A stretch of 64,000 nucleotides of DNA from an uncultured archaeon (GCA_964646855.1 CAZYHQ010000001.1:3414-67413); one strand, 5' to 3'. Counted from the stretch's first letter, positions 28,450 to 39,704 are shown. A program made the numbers and translations. The notes: generated from the sequence alone by a model not told the origin.

Positions 28450-29461
28450 ACAGGATCTGGAAAAAATAAAATCGGACATTTCAGATCTTCATTCAAAAAT
28501 TCAGGGAAAGACATTTTTGGTTACCGGCGGCGCTGGATTCATCGGAAGTTGGATTTGCGATTTGTTGGCAGACCTCGGCGCAAAAGTCATTTGCGTCGAC
28601 AACCTAGTTACAGGCTCGGAAAAAAATTTGCAGAACAGAAACCAAAACATGCAATTCGTCAACTCTGACATAACAAACTTCGAATTCAAAGGCGACTGCG
28701 ACTACATAATACATCTGGCTGCAATACCTTCCCCGCTTGTTTATTTGGAAAGGCCGATAGAGACTTTGAACACGAGCATAACAGGGACAAAAAATATTTT
28801 GGAGATTGCACGTAGAACAAACGTCAAGGGTTTTATTTTTGCAAGTACTAGCGAGGTGTATGGCGACCCACCAGCCGACATGGTTCCGACATCAGAAAAC
28901 TTTTTCGGTTATGTCAATCCAGTTGGTGCAAGAGCAGCATACTACGAAGGGAAAAGAATTGCAGAAACGCTCTGCTCGCTATATTGGAAAGATTACAAGA
29001 CGCCTGTTAGAATTGCCAGACTGTTCAACACGTATGGTCCAAGATTAGATTTTAAGCTCCCGTCCTCTTATGGACGGGCCGTGATTAATTTCATCAAGCA
29101 ATCTCTAAACAACGAACCTGTTTTGGTTTTCGGCGACGGAAAACAAACACGCAGCTTCTGCTACATTACTGACACAATAACCGGAATACTTAGGTTGCTG
29201 TTAATTGACGGACTTGACGGTAAGGTAATCAACATCGGTAATCAGGAGGAAATTAAAATCATCGATCTGGCTGAAAAAATAATTTCATTTACAAACCCAA
29301 ATTCGAAAGTTGCTTTTAAACAGTTGCCTGAAGATGATCCGCTGAGACGACTACCTGACATAACAAAAGCCCAGCAACTGTTGGGTTACAAGCCAGCTGT
29401 AGGTTTGGACGAAGGTCTGAAGCGTACTATAGAATGGGCAAGAGTTCACTTCACGATGTGA
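28433..29461 (+). CDS. UDP-glucuronate decarboxylase (UXS/ArnA-dehydrogenase-like SDR)
   Basis: GGAGFIG, STSEVYGDP, YYEGKR, RLFNTYGPR, QTRSFCY, DDPLRR.PDI. Confidence 0.88.
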   Translation: MDEIVRQDLEKIKSDISDLHSKIQGKTFLVTGGAGFIGSWICDLLADLGAKVICVDNLVTGSEKNLQNRNQNMQFVNSDITNFEFKGDCDYIIHLAAIPSPLVYLERPIETLNTSITGTKNILEIARRTNVKGFIFASTSEVYGDPPADMVPTSENFFGYVNPVGARAAYYEGKRIAETLCSLYWKDYKTPVRIARLFNTYGPRLDFKLPSSYGRAVINFIKQSLNNEPVLVFGDGKQTRSFCYITDTITGILRLLLIDGLDGKVINIGNQEEIKIIDLAEKIISFTNPNSKVAFKQLPEDDPLRRLPDITKAQQLLGYKPAVGLDEGLKRTIEWARVHFTM

Positions 29462-29467
29462 GTTACC

Positions 29468-30406
29468 ATGATGAAAATTTTAGTGACAGAACCGGAATTT
29501 TTTTATGAAGATTTCTTTGAAACCCTTCAAAAATCTGGGAGCTCGGTTGTAAAAATTTTTGGCAGTGACTCGCTGGTTAAAGAAATTGTTGACGCAGACA
29601 TACTCATAATAAGAGTCGGGACAACCGTTGGCAAAGAACTTTTAGACAGGGCCAAACAACTGAAACTGATAGTATCGGCTACGACCGGTTTGAACCACAT
29701 AGATATGGAGTATGCAAAAGAAAAGAAAATAGAAATCTTCAATCCTGTCGGATATGCGACCGAATCAACGGCCGAACATACCTTCGCTTTGATTTTAAGC
29801 TTAGCTAGGAGGATTCCATGGGCATTTCAGTCAGTTGCTGTTGGCGAATGGGAGCGACACAAATTTTCTGGCGTGCAGCTCTCAGGAAAAGTTTTAGGAA
29901 TAATCGGTCTCGGCAGGATAGGAAAAGAAACAGCCAAATATGCACTCGCATTCGGCATGAAAGTTTTAACTTACGACCCCTACATTACGAAAGAAATTGC
30001 TACTGATGCAGGTTCAGAAATGGTCTCGTTGGAAGAACTTTTGTCCAAATCAGACTTCATAACTGTAAATGTTGCACTAACTCCGGAGACACAAGGCATG
30101 ATTAACAAAGACATTTTTAACAAAATGAAAAAAGGTGCAATGTTAATTAACACTTCGCGCGGCGCCGTGATTAATGAAAACGATTTGGTTGAAGCTCTTG
30201 AGTATGGAAAAATTTCCGGAGCGGCTTTGGACGTTTTCGCAACCGAACCATTGACTGTAAACAGTTCGCTGATTACATACTCCAAAAATCACACCAATCT
30301 CCTGCTAACTCCGCATATAGGAGGTTCTACGGACCAGTCGATGAGGAATGCGTGCGATCGCATAACGGCAAAATTAAAAGAGCTTCTAGAGAAATCTGGC
30401 TCTTAG
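29468..30406 (+). CDS. D-2-hydroxyacid/phosphoglycerate dehydrogenase family protein
   Basis: GIIGLGRIG, INTSRG, LDVF..EP, TPHIGGST. Confidence 0.9.
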   Translation: MMKILVTEPEFFYEDFFETLQKSGSSVVKIFGSDSLVKEIVDADILIIRVGTTVGKELLDRAKQLKLIVSATTGLNHIDMEYAKEKKIEIFNPVGYATESTAEHTFALILSLARRIPWAFQSVAVGEWERHKFSGVQLSGKVLGIIGLGRIGKETAKYALAFGMKVLTYDPYITKEIATDAGSEMVSLEELLSKSDFITVNVALTPETQGMINKDIFNKMKKGAMLINTSRGAVINENDLVEALEYGKISGAALDVFATEPLTVNSSLITYSKNHTNLLLTPHIGGSTDQSMRNACDRITAKLKELLEKSGS

Positions 30407-31057
30407 CGCCGCAAACAAAAAGTTCAGTATATCATTGAAAAATTTCAGTTTCGACCTGCCTCTCCTTTCTTCAAAATCAATCGGAACATCTTTGTATCTG
30501 TAACCTTTTCGGATTGCCATCGTTGTAAACATAACTTCGTATTCCAGGCCGCCCTTAGGTTCTATCTTCTTTGCAATCGGAAGTTTCGTCAGCTCCTTTT
30601 TGAAAATTCTCATCCCGCTTGTCGCATCGGTTATCCTTGTAAGATTAATAACTGATATCACCAACGAGCCGACTATGTTCGCCAGATTCCGAAACCAAGG
30701 AAGACCTTTTGCAAAACCTTTTGCAAATCTCGAGCCCACAACCAAGTCATTGTTTTTTATCGCAGCAATCAATTTCGGGAAATCTTCAGGCGGATAAGAA
30801 GCATCCGAGTCTATCGTCCCGATTATATCATGCTTTGCGTGTTCGTATCCAGTTTTCAGCGCGTATATCTTGCCCTTGTTCGGCACGTATCTTACAACTT
30901 TAACCCCAGTCTTCTTTGCTTCCATGTATGTCTTGTCGGTAGAGCCGTCGTCCACCACGATTATTTCGGCGTCTGGCAAGGTTTTTTTAGTGCGCTGTAC
31001 CACTTCCCGGATAGATTTTTCTTCGTTGTAGGCAGGAATTATTATCGAAATTTTCAT
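30386..31057 (-). CDS. GT2 polyprenol-phosphate sugar synthase-like glycosyltransferase
   Basis: IPAYNEE, VDDGSTD, DSD, GSRF, DATSG. Confidence 0.92.
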   Translation of the reverse strand: MKISIIIPAYNEEKSIREVVQRTKKTLPDAEIIVVDDGSTDKTYMEAKKTGVKVVRYVPNKGKIYALKTGYEHAKHDIIGTIDSDASYPPEDFPKLIAAIKNNDLVVGSRFAKGFAKGLPWFRNLANIVGSLVISVINLTRITDATSGMRIFKKELTKLPIAKKIEPKGGLEYEVMFTTMAIRKGYRYKDVPIDFEERRGRSKLKFFNDILNFLFAALRARFL

Positions 31058-31101
31058 CTTATTAATTTTGAATTGAGGTTAATTATAAATAGTTGAATCA
31101 A

Positions 31102-31803
31102 ATGTCAGCAGAGATTAGCGTAATCGTACCGGCGTATAATTCGGAAAAGACTTTGAAAGTCGTCACATCACAACTGCTCACAGAGTTGAGGAAAATCAAA
31201 AAAGGTTCCGAACTAATTATAGCGGAAGACGGAAGCACAGACAATACCTATCAGCTCGCCAAGGGCATTTCGAAAAGCCACAAAAATGTCAGACTAATCC
31301 ACTCAGATGAAAAATTAGGAAAGGGCGGAGCTCTAGGAAACGCTTTTTTCAAAGCCAGAGGCAGAAAAATAATTTTCATCGATGCGGATTACATCGATGT
31401 TCCCAAATTTCTGCCTCAAATGGTAAACGCTCTTGACAGGTTTGATGTTGTCATAGGAAGCAGGTACCAGAAGCCATCAAAGACAAAAAGAATTTTTAGA
31501 AGGCTGGTGGCAAGCAAGGTTTACATATTCTTGGCAAAACTTTTCTTCTTTCTCCCGTTTTCAGATCTGCAGTGTGGGTTCAAAGGAATGAATAAAAAGG
31601 TTGTAGGGATGCTGAAAAATGTCAAGTCCAGAGATTATTTCTGGGATACGGAATTTTTAGTAAAGGCAAGCAGAGACGGTTACACCATTTCCGAGATTCC
31701 AATAACTTGGATCGAAAAAAAATCCAAACACTCTGCGAGTTTGCTCAAAAACTCATTTAAGTTCGTGAAATCTTTAATTAAATTAAGATTAGGACTTTTA
31801 TGA
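31102..31803 (+). CDS. GT2 dolichyl-phosphate hexosyltransferase-like
   Basis: PAYN, EDGSTD, GKG, DAD, DLQCGFK, WDTE. Confidence 0.92.
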   Translation: MSAEISVIVPAYNSEKTLKVVTSQLLTELRKIKKGSELIIAEDGSTDNTYQLAKGISKSHKNVRLIHSDEKLGKGGALGNAFFKARGRKIIFIDADYIDVPKFLPQMVNALDRFDVVIGSRYQKPSKTKRIFRRLVASKVYIFLAKLFFFLPFSDLQCGFKGMNKKVVGMLKNVKSRDYFWDTEFLVKASRDGYTISEIPITWIEKKSKHSASLLKNSFKFVKSLIKLRLGLL

Positions 31804-33383
31804 AAATCAGATTGAGCGCGCTCTGGTTGCTTGGAATTCTTGTACTAGCTGTAATTTTCAGATTTTACAATTTGAATGAGCCGATGGTGTGGGTAGACGA
31901 GCCCATCTACATAGTCGGCGGTATCAAACTACTTTTGCAGGACAGGAACCTTTACGACCCAAGCTTGTGGAATTTCGAGCACCCGCCATTGTCAAAATAT
32001 CTAATTGGTATAACCACGACTTTCGCTCCGGTGAGCTTTGACGCAATAACACAGCTCCCACCGAACTACTATGTAGGATTAGGAAACCCGAACGTGGCAG
32101 AGGCTATGGACGCGGCGTTGACATTTTCAAGATCTTCTGCGGCGGTCTTCGGCGTTCTGCTAGTTCTGATAGTTTACTTGTTCGCAAGAAACCTGTACGG
32201 TGAAATTAATGCAATACCCGCTGGTCTCATGGCTGTTCTATCTGTGGACCTTCTCGCTTTCAGCAGAAATGCGCACTTGGACATCTTTCTGTTTTTCTTT
32301 TCAACTTTAGGCGTATATTTATTTTACAAATTTGTTAACTCAGAAGGAAGCAGACTCGCCTTTTCAAAAACGGATTTCAAACTCGTGTTAAACAACAGGC
32401 TAGTTTATCTATTATCTTCCGCACTAGCTGTAGGATTGTCTTTATTGACAAAAACCATCCAACCATTCATTTTGTTACCAGTTTTCATTGTGCTATACTT
32501 CGTATTCAGGCAAAAAATCTCTTTACCAGAAATCCTAATATTTTTCTTAATTTCAATCGCTGTTTTTTTCATAGGACTCGGCGGCAACTTGGAACTATAC
32601 TCACAGGCAGTTTCCTATTTTGGCGGCGACGGGTCCCTAATTAATTTCTCCAACATTATCAATTCCAGTAAAATACTTCTCAGAATACAACCTGCGTTGA
32701 CAGTAATTGTCTTGATTGCTGCAATAAGTTTCTTGCGCAGAAAGAATTTTGTGAACAACGAGCTATTCGCAATTATCCCGGCTATGTTCATAATTTTATC
32801 ATTCATACTTACGACAAATCAACATTACAGGTATTTCGATTTCGCACTGCCGTTCTTGATAATTTTTTCAGCCCGAATTTTCTCGACACGTAAAGCAATT
32901 TACTATTCTGTCCCGCTGTTCGCGCTGTTACTCTACACAGCAGTTGTTTGGTCGCCAGACTATCTTATTTACACAAATCTATTGGACGAGCTGACTGGGA
33001 GAAGCTATTTCTGGTCTAACTTCGGCTTCACAGGGTTCAGCGAATCGGCAAACTACCTGAAGGAAAAGACAACTCAGGATGATTTAATTTTTTCCTCGGA
33101 CGATGCTATAAGATACAGGCTAAGTAGAAACCTTATTGTACATGAAAACGGCAGGAACACAGTCTATCTTGTAGACGGGAGGTTTGCAGATTTGGAATCC
33201 AACAGATGTCCTACCATAGACGATTTGAAATTAAATAATGTAACATACGCAGTCGTCGCGAATCCCATCAGCTTGGGGGATGAATACTGCAGTACAATCA
33301 AAGACCTTTACAGAACTTTGGAACCGGTCCTGACAGTCCATAAAAACAATGTGGACGTAATGAAAGTTTTCAAGTTGGTGTAA
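31800..33383 (+). CDS. GT-C (PMT_2/ArnT-like) membrane glycosyltransferase
   Basis: WVDEP, EHPPL, multi-TM, LLTK, RY. Confidence 0.85.
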   Translation: MKIRLSALWLLGILVLAVIFRFYNLNEPMVWVDEPIYIVGGIKLLLQDRNLYDPSLWNFEHPPLSKYLIGITTTFAPVSFDAITQLPPNYYVGLGNPNVAEAMDAALTFSRSSAAVFGVLLVLIVYLFARNLYGEINAIPAGLMAVLSVDLLAFSRNAHLDIFLFFFSTLGVYLFYKFVNSEGSRLAFSKTDFKLVLNNRLVYLLSSALAVGLSLLTKTIQPFILLPVFIVLYFVFRQKISLPEILIFFLISIAVFFIGLGGNLELYSQAVSYFGGDGSLINFSNIINSSKILLRIQPALTVIVLIAAISFLRRKNFVNNELFAIIPAMFIILSFILTTNQHYRYFDFALPFLIIFSARIFSTRKAIYYSVPLFALLLYTAVVWSPDYLIYTNLLDELTGRSYFWSNFGFTGFSESANYLKEKTTQDDLIFSSDDAIRYRLSRNLIVHENGRNTVYLVDGRFADLESNRCPTIDDLKLNNVTYAVVANPISLGDEYCSTIKDLYRTLEPVLTVHKNNVDVMKVFKLV

Positions 33384-35179
33384 TGCAGATTAAATTCCGG
33401 ATTACAAAAACAAAAATTGTCCTAGTCGCATTTCTAGTGCTTTTAGCAGGACTCTACTGGAATTCCCGTCAGCACGTACTGACATACGACGATTACAGAG
33501 ACATGCATCTGGGAAAAAATCTTCTAAGCGGACAGTACAGTTTTTTCGGCGACGCTTACTTCAAGCATCCACCATTGTACATGATGACTCTAGCAGCAAG
33601 TTTTTCAATTTTCGGTTTTGGCGAAGACGCAGGTTACATCGTTTCAATTTTCTTTGCTCTGGCAACTTTATTCATTACTTTCCTGTTCGCAAGAAAAATT
33701 ACAAATAACAAAATCGCGTTCGCCGCAATTGCGATACTCGCTGTCAACCCTTGGTTCGTGCAGTTTGCAAGAGATTTGCGTTTTGAAATGGCAACAACCT
33801 TCTTTTTCATTCTGAGCCTTTACATGTACTGGAGATTTTTTGAAACCAGCAACAAAAAATATCTCATCGCATCCGGCGTTTCGATTGGCTTGGGCCTTTT
33901 GACAAAATCTTTTATCTTTCTGCTGTTTCCAGCGTATTTACTTTTCGTAATTCTGCTGGCGTACAAGAAAAAACACAGTTTCGTTAAAGGATTTTTCCAT
34001 CTAGCAATCATGACAGCAATCGCATTTGTCGTTTACTTACCGTGGATTGCGTACGGCTCCTTGAACCACGGACCATCACAGCTTACAGCGCAGATAGAAG
34101 AGTTCACAGGCAAACTAAGTTGGGCTCCGGATTATGTGCCGCCACCGTTCTACTTTTACATTCAAGAATTACCTAAAGTGCTTACGTATCCCATAATGTT
34201 ACTTTCCATACTCGGATTTGTTTACTTCATTAAAAATAAATCGAAAAGTTTGTTGTTAGTGTTGTGTTGGATTTTTGTTTACTTCATTTTTGTTTCGATA
34301 ATGGGTTGGAAGGAAGGCAGGTTTTTGATGTACATTTTGCCAGGATTTGCTGTTCTAGCTGCTCTGGGACTAAACTGGATTTTGCCGAAAATCAAGCTAG
34401 CTAAGAGTAGTATATTTTGGATTTTTGTAATCTCGGTGATTTTCTTAACAGTTACGCCAATAACATTTCTAGGCATCTCTAACGACGTCTTCAGCCAACT
34501 GTGGCCATATGCAAAATCTCCTGCTGATTGGGAACTTTGGGATTATGTTGACCAGCTTGTGGACAAAAACGACTATCTGCTAACAAACAATTATGGAATG
34601 GTTGAAATTTATTCACGACCGTCTGATGCTTTGTTTAAAAATTGGCAGACTGATTCGATGAGATTTTTGATGTTCGATTCACAGTATGCATTGATCGAAA
34701 CCAACGTTGATTATCCAAGAAACTCCCCAGAAATTTTCACTCCCATAAAGAGTTTTAATTTTGTCACGTACGAAAATAACATTTCTCTAATACTTTACAA
34801 GGTTGATTTGGAAAAACTGTCGCAGCTGATTTATGGCAACAACACAATAAAGGTTACCGGAAAGATCTATGACGTAAACACCGGTCAAAGCATACACAGA
34901 GCAAAGCTGCTTGCTGCAGACCCCTCTTCTGGCCAGCTAATCGGTATATTTTATTCCAAAATGGACGGAACAGTTACTGCTTACCTACCAGCGCACGCTA
35001 CTTATTTAATGCAGACAAGCGCTTTTGGATACGAGCTGAAGAATTTGCTTGTTGATTTGAAACCAGACGCTATTACAATTTGTGAAACACAAAACCAGTG
35101 CTTTCAGAAACCCAGTCTGGAAATTGGTTTAGCCTTCAAAAGTTTTCTTGTCCATGAATATCCGAACGTAAGATTCTAA
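33383..35179 (+). CDS. GT-C (PMT_2/ArnT-like) glycosyltransferase with C-terminal beta-sandwich
   Basis: YDD, KHPPLY, LLTK, KEGRF; C-terminal TGKIYD..TG carboxypeptidase-regulatory-like segment. Confidence 0.85.
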   Translation: MQIKFRITKTKIVLVAFLVLLAGLYWNSRQHVLTYDDYRDMHLGKNLLSGQYSFFGDAYFKHPPLYMMTLAASFSIFGFGEDAGYIVSIFFALATLFITFLFARKITNNKIAFAAIAILAVNPWFVQFARDLRFEMATTFFFILSLYMYWRFFETSNKKYLIASGVSIGLGLLTKSFIFLLFPAYLLFVILLAYKKKHSFVKGFFHLAIMTAIAFVVYLPWIAYGSLNHGPSQLTAQIEEFTGKLSWAPDYVPPPFYFYIQELPKVLTYPIMLLSILGFVYFIKNKSKSLLLVLCWIFVYFIFVSIMGWKEGRFLMYILPGFAVLAALGLNWILPKIKLAKSSIFWIFVISVIFLTVTPITFLGISNDVFSQLWPYAKSPADWELWDYVDQLVDKNDYLLTNNYGMVEIYSRPSDALFKNWQTDSMRFLMFDSQYALIETNVDYPRNSPEIFTPIKSFNFVTYENNISLILYKVDLEKLSQLIYGNNTIKVTGKIYDVNTGQSIHRAKLLAADPSSGQLIGIFYSKMDGTVTAYLPAHATYLMQTSAFGYELKNLLVDLKPDAITICETQNQCFQKPSLEIGLAFKSFLVHEYPNVRF

Positions 35180-35204
35180 ATAACTTCAGAAACTTCTAAA
35201 ACAC

Positions 35205-36572
35205 TTATTCAATTTTGTAAATATCAATGTAACCTGACATAACTTTTTTGACGTTAGGTTGCTTTTCAATGAACTCTGGAAGAGGGCCATCAAAGTAAAT
35301 ATAATTTATTTTGTATTTTTCTACGTTTTCCAAGAACTCCTGCTCACTGGAACCAGCAGGAACCCAATTTCTTTTCGTGTACAACCAAAGCCATGCATGC
35401 GCATTTGTCATCACGGTTTCATTTTCTGATGTCATATCTTTCACATATAATGCCGCGTTTTTTCTGTCCAAACTCTCAGCAAAGTATGCTCTAATTTCGA
35501 TGAAACTCGGCAATTGTTTGAATTCTTGATGGGGATTGATGAAAAGATACGTGACAACGTATCCGACTACAAGATTTAGGGAAAGCGAAATCAAAACAAG
35601 CGCTACAAGCCTTTTGCTGCTTCGATCAAAACCACCGAAAGCAAGAATTGCAATGAAAGGCAGAAGCGGTATCAAATATCTGAACGATGACAGAATAAAA
35701 CCGTTCGCCACAAGGAAAACCACAATAAAAATTACACTGAACTTTTGCCAAGTCAGTTTCGGTTTTGATTTGTAGAATTTGTAAATACCATAAACGAAAA
35801 ACGGCGTGGAGAAAAGAGGAAGCAACCAAAAATACAAAACATAATTAGTGGGAAATTCAAATTTTTCGAACTTCAGTTGCGGAGAATTAGCGATTACTTC
35901 ATTTGAATTAATTGCAAAATCAATGAACGGGTATGCAATCAACAGAGACACAATAATGCCTACAAAAAAATACTGCGTGGTTAAAATTTTTTTCAACCAA
36001 CCTCTCTCGAGAGTGAGAAAGTAAATAAGGTATATCACGGGAATTATAAAAAGATTGTATCGTGTCAATATCGCCAAGACCAAAGTTGCCGCAAACGGGA
36101 CGAAGAACCTAACATCCTTGCGCATTTTTACGAAAAGGTAGAAGGACAGCACAACGAGTAAAATGGACAGCATTTCCACAAAAATTCTATTCGAAAAGAA
36201 AACAACAAGATGGTTAGTAGCCAAAAACAAAGTTGCAAGCAGGCTTACCTTCTTTGAGTAAAAACTCTTCAAAACAGTGTAGAAAATTACTACCGACACA
36301 ACAAACAACATCGATACAAAAATCTGAGCAACTGCAATCTCTGCACCAAATATAGAAAATAAACCTGCAAGCATTATAGGAAACAAAGGAGGTCGAAACG
36401 CCTCTACATTAAGATTTCCTATATAGCCGTATTCCTTGCCTTCAGCTAAGCTTTCTGCCAGACCCAAATAGACGGCCTCGTCCCACGAGAAAGAGACATT
36501 GATATCGAATGTAGCTAACCGAATTCCGATTACAACCAATAACAATAAAAGAAGAAATTTTTCTAGTTTCAT
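35205..36572 (-). CDS. GT-C (PMT_2/ArnT-like) membrane glycosyltransferase
   Basis: WDEAVY, RPPLFP, LTRY, RYLIPLLP. Confidence 0.85.
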   Translation of the reverse strand: MKLEKFLLLLLLVVIGIRLATFDINVSFSWDEAVYLGLAESLAEGKEYGYIGNLNVEAFRPPLFPIMLAGLFSIFGAEIAVAQIFVSMLFVVSVVIFYTVLKSFYSKKVSLLATLFLATNHLVVFFSNRIFVEMLSILLVVLSFYLFVKMRKDVRFFVPFAATLVLAILTRYNLFIIPVIYLIYFLTLERGWLKKILTTQYFFVGIIVSLLIAYPFIDFAINSNEVIANSPQLKFEKFEFPTNYVLYFWLLPLFSTPFFVYGIYKFYKSKPKLTWQKFSVIFIVVFLVANGFILSSFRYLIPLLPFIAILAFGGFDRSSKRLVALVLISLSLNLVVGYVVTYLFINPHQEFKQLPSFIEIRAYFAESLDRKNAALYVKDMTSENETVMTNAHAWLWLYTKRNWVPAGSSEQEFLENVEKYKINYIYFDGPLPEFIEKQPNVKKVMSGYIDIYKIE

Positions 36573-36943
36573 TACGACTCCAACTTTTCCAATTTAACCT
36601 TCCCATCTTTTACGTCAGTTACGGTGTACCCATTTTTCTTGTAAAAGTTAATAACCTTGTCATCACCGATTGTTATCGCCCAAGGATTTTTCGGCTCGGT
36701 CTGCTCCAAGAGCAAAGAACCAACACCCATTCCCTGCGCTTTTTTGCTGACGGTAATTACACCCAATCTTCTGCCAGACCAAATTGCTATTCCAGATATT
36801 TTGTTCTCTTCGACACAAACGTAGGCCGTACCGCGTATTATACCCCTGACTAGAAAATAAAAAAAGCTCGGAAACAACCAATATTCTTTTTGCACACGTA
36901 TTACATCAATAACTTCACTAAGTTTCATCTTTCTTACTTGCAT
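36572..36943 (-). CDS. GNAT acetyltransferase
   Basis: V...QGMGVGSLLL and FYKKNGY. Confidence 0.85.
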   Translation of the reverse strand: MQVRKMKLSEVIDVIRVQKEYWLFPSFFYFLVRGIIRGTAYVCVEENKISGIAIWSGRRLGVITVSKKAQGMGVGSLLLEQTEPKNPWAITIGDDKVINFYKKNGYTVTDVKDGKVKLEKLES

Positions 36944-37023
36944 AATTTATTTCAGCCTCGCACACGAATTAAATTAAACATTTGTTCGAAAGATTTTTAT
37001 ATTCTATGGTCGTATGGTTTATA

Positions 37024-38217
37024 ATGAAAATTTGTTACCTCACCAGAATATTCCCACCGCGCATTGGCGGACCCGGGACGCTAACACACTTAATAGGGAC
37101 ACAAATGGTGAAGAGGGGTTTTGGTGTTACGGTCGTCACACAAAACAAAGGCGACGCCCCAAAGTACGAAGTCATCAACGGCATGAAGGTGCACAGGACT
37201 TTTTGTTTTTCAAACGAGTTTACGCCATACAACTTATCGATATCGACTGTACTGTTCATAAAAAAAGTTTTAGGACAGCTTGAACACAACGACATGTTCC
37301 AGGCAATGGACATTTCTGTCGCTGGATTCGGTGGCTACATAGCAAAGCACTTTTCAAAAAAGCCGTTCTTCCTGCACTATGGAGGAGATTTGGTCTTCGA
37401 ATTCCTTTCTCTGAAAAAACAAAAAAACTGGGATCCAAAAAAAGGCGTGACTGGAGCTTTAGAACAAAAAAGTCTTACTGCAAAAGTACTGCTGGCGATT
37501 CAAAATGACTACATGGAAAAATACAACGTCATTATTCCGGACAGCGAATTTGGGGAAAGACTGTTGCTAGAAAAGTTCCATGTTCCTAAGGAAAAGGTCA
37601 AGCTCATAGTTAACGGCGTGGATACGCAGAGATTCAAGCCTTCCAACAAGGAGCAGGCAAAAAAGAAACTTGGCTTGAACGGGCGGATAATTCTGACTGC
37701 TACACGCCTTGTGCCTTGGAAGGGAATAGATTTTTTAATCAAATCCATGCCAGCTGTCTTGAAAAAAATCCCTGATACGAAACTTATGATAGCCGGCGAG
37801 GGAATAATGTACGATAGGCTGCGCATTCTAGCAGAATCTTTGAAACTGGGGAATCACGTGAAACTTCTTGGCAGAGTACCTGAAGATTTGATGCCGTTTT
37901 ACATGAAGGCGTGCGATGTTTACGCCTTGCCATCATTTTTTGACACGGTTCCAAATATACTTTTGGAGATAATGTCATCCGGGAAACCGACAATAGTCTC
38001 TGACATAGACGGTTTGCGTGAAGTTGTCACAAATAAAACGAGCATCAAGATTCCAGTTGGGGATTCCGATGTGCTTGCAGAAAAATTGATTGAAGTGCTC
38101 TCGAGTTCAGATAAGATGCAGAAGATGGGTGCAGCCGCACGAAGGAACATACTACAAAAATACTCAAGAGAAAAAATGATTAAAGAATATGTGAAGTTGT
38201 ACGAATCTTGGTCGTGA
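37024..38217 (+). CDS. GT4 glycosyltransferase
   Basis: FPPRIGG, NGVD, RL...KG, PS..D..PN..LE. Confidence 0.92.
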   Translation: MKICYLTRIFPPRIGGPGTLTHLIGTQMVKRGFGVTVVTQNKGDAPKYEVINGMKVHRTFCFSNEFTPYNLSISTVLFIKKVLGQLEHNDMFQAMDISVAGFGGYIAKHFSKKPFFLHYGGDLVFEFLSLKKQKNWDPKKGVTGALEQKSLTAKVLLAIQNDYMEKYNVIIPDSEFGERLLLEKFHVPKEKVKLIVNGVDTQRFKPSNKEQAKKKLGLNGRIILTATRLVPWKGIDFLIKSMPAVLKKIPDTKLMIAGEGIMYDRLRILAESLKLGNHVKLLGRVPEDLMPFYMKACDVYALPSFFDTVPNILLEIMSSGKPTIVSDIDGLREVVTNKTSIKIPVGDSDVLAEKLIEVLSSSDKMQKMGAAARRNILQKYSREKMIKEYVKLYESWS

Positions 38218-38717
38218 TTATTACGTTTATCAAAACACCACATCAATTTCTTGTAGAAAGAGAACTACGAAAATATGCAGCCAACAAAACAAATAAAAAA
38301 ATTCTAGAAATAGGGTCGGGAACCAGCAGTTACAGAAATTTTTTTGAAAAATGTTCCTTTCTCGCGACAGACATTAGAAAATTTTCTGGTGTAGACGAAA
38401 TAGCCGATGTAACAAAACTACAATACAAATCCAATTCGTTTGACATTGTGATTTGTGTAAGCGTTTTAGAGCATGTGAAGGACTACAACAAGGCCGTGTC
38501 AGAAATTTTTAGAGTCTTGAAACCTGGTGGTGAAACAGTCATTGCAGTACCCTTTTTATTTCCGTTGCATGATGTGCCAGGCGACTATTGGAGATTTACT
38601 GTTTACGCACTAAAAGAAATTTTGAAAAAATTCTCTAAGGTTATTGTAAAACCGATAATACCTTCAAAATTCCTTTGGAGATTTGTTCTCGACTACTTTG
38701 TTGTCGCGAAGAAATAA
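38208..38717 (+). CDS. class I SAM-dependent methyltransferase
   Basis: LEIGSG, VLEHV, RVLKPGG, P.H..P.DYWRFT. Confidence 0.9.
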   Translation: MVVIITFIKTPHQFLVERELRKYAANKTNKKILEIGSGTSSYRNFFEKCSFLATDIRKFSGVDEIADVTKLQYKSNSFDIVICVSVLEHVKDYNKAVSEIFRVLKPGGETVIAVPFLFPLHDVPGDYWRFTVYALKEILKKFSKVIVKPIIPSKFLWRFVLDYFVVAKK

Positions 38718-38742
38718 ATACTGCGCGGCTCATTTTATTTGT

Positions 38743-39696
38743 ATGAAATTCTCGACACGCCCATTAGTTTTTGTTGGACTTGCAATTTTCGCCTACATAG
38801 TTTATAGTGTTGGCCTTGAAAAGATAATTAATATCTTGACAAAGGTTGACCCCTTCTACCTTTCGATTTCGTTACTTTTCCCCTTGCCCACTATAATTCT
38901 GAAAGCCCTAAGATGGAAATTCATTATAAGTTATCTTAATACAGATTACAATTTCTTAAAATCGATAAAGGTCTGGCTAATTGGTTCCACGCTAGGCATA
39001 ATTACTCCGGGCCACTTGGGAGATTTTTCCCGCAGTTTTTATCTACACAGAGACACAGGAATGAGTTTGGGTAAATCGTTTTCAACAACTGTTTTAGACA
39101 GATTTTTTGACATCGCCGTGCTATTGGTTTTATCAGTTTTTGGAATAATATATATTCTGATTACTTATAGCGTGTCTTTATTCACACCAACCATAGTCGT
39201 AGTTTTTATCTTCTTTGGAATTTTTTTACTTGGCGTAATCAAAAGAAAGTTCATAAGTTTTTTACTCAAACCATTTTTTAATTTTCTTACGCCACAGAAA
39301 TATAAAAGTTCTTTGATAGAAGGTTTCAACGAATTCTACAAGGGGCTGAAAATAATTCTAGAATGGCGAAAATTTGCGGTTTTGTCTGGTCTATCTATAG
39401 TTTCTTGGTTTGTTTCCATACTGCAGGGTCTAATAATTCTAAAAGCATTCGGGATCGACGCACCATTCCTGTTTCTTCTTTCTGTTTTCCCTATAGAGGT
39501 ACTAATTTCTCTTTTGCCAATAACAATCTCTGGGTTTGGAACGAGGGAGCTTACGTTCATTTTCTTTTTCTCAATAATTGGCGTGGCTGCTGACACAGTA
39601 ATAGCATTTTCATTGATCAGCGTTTTTCTAATTTGGGCAATGGTAGCAGTCGGGTTCTTTTTCTGGTATAGAAACCCGATAAAAATTGAGTTATAG
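38743..39696 (+). CDS. UPF0104/AglD2 flippase-like membrane protein
   Basis: ALRW, TPGHLGDFSR, DR..D, LPITISGFGTRE. Confidence 0.88.
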   Translation: MKFSTRPLVFVGLAIFAYIVYSVGLEKIINILTKVDPFYLSISLLFPLPTIILKALRWKFIISYLNTDYNFLKSIKVWLIGSTLGIITPGHLGDFSRSFYLHRDTGMSLGKSFSTTVLDRFFDIAVLLVLSVFGIIYILITYSVSLFTPTIVVVFIFFGIFLLGVIKRKFISFLLKPFFNFLTPQKYKSSLIEGFNEFYKGLKIILEWRKFAVLSGLSIVSWFVSILQGLIILKAFGIDAPFLFLLSVFPIEVLISLLPITISGFGTRELTFIFFFSIIGVAADTVIAFSLISVFLIWAMVAVGFFFWYRNPIKIEL

Positions 39697-39704
39697 AAAA
39701 TTTT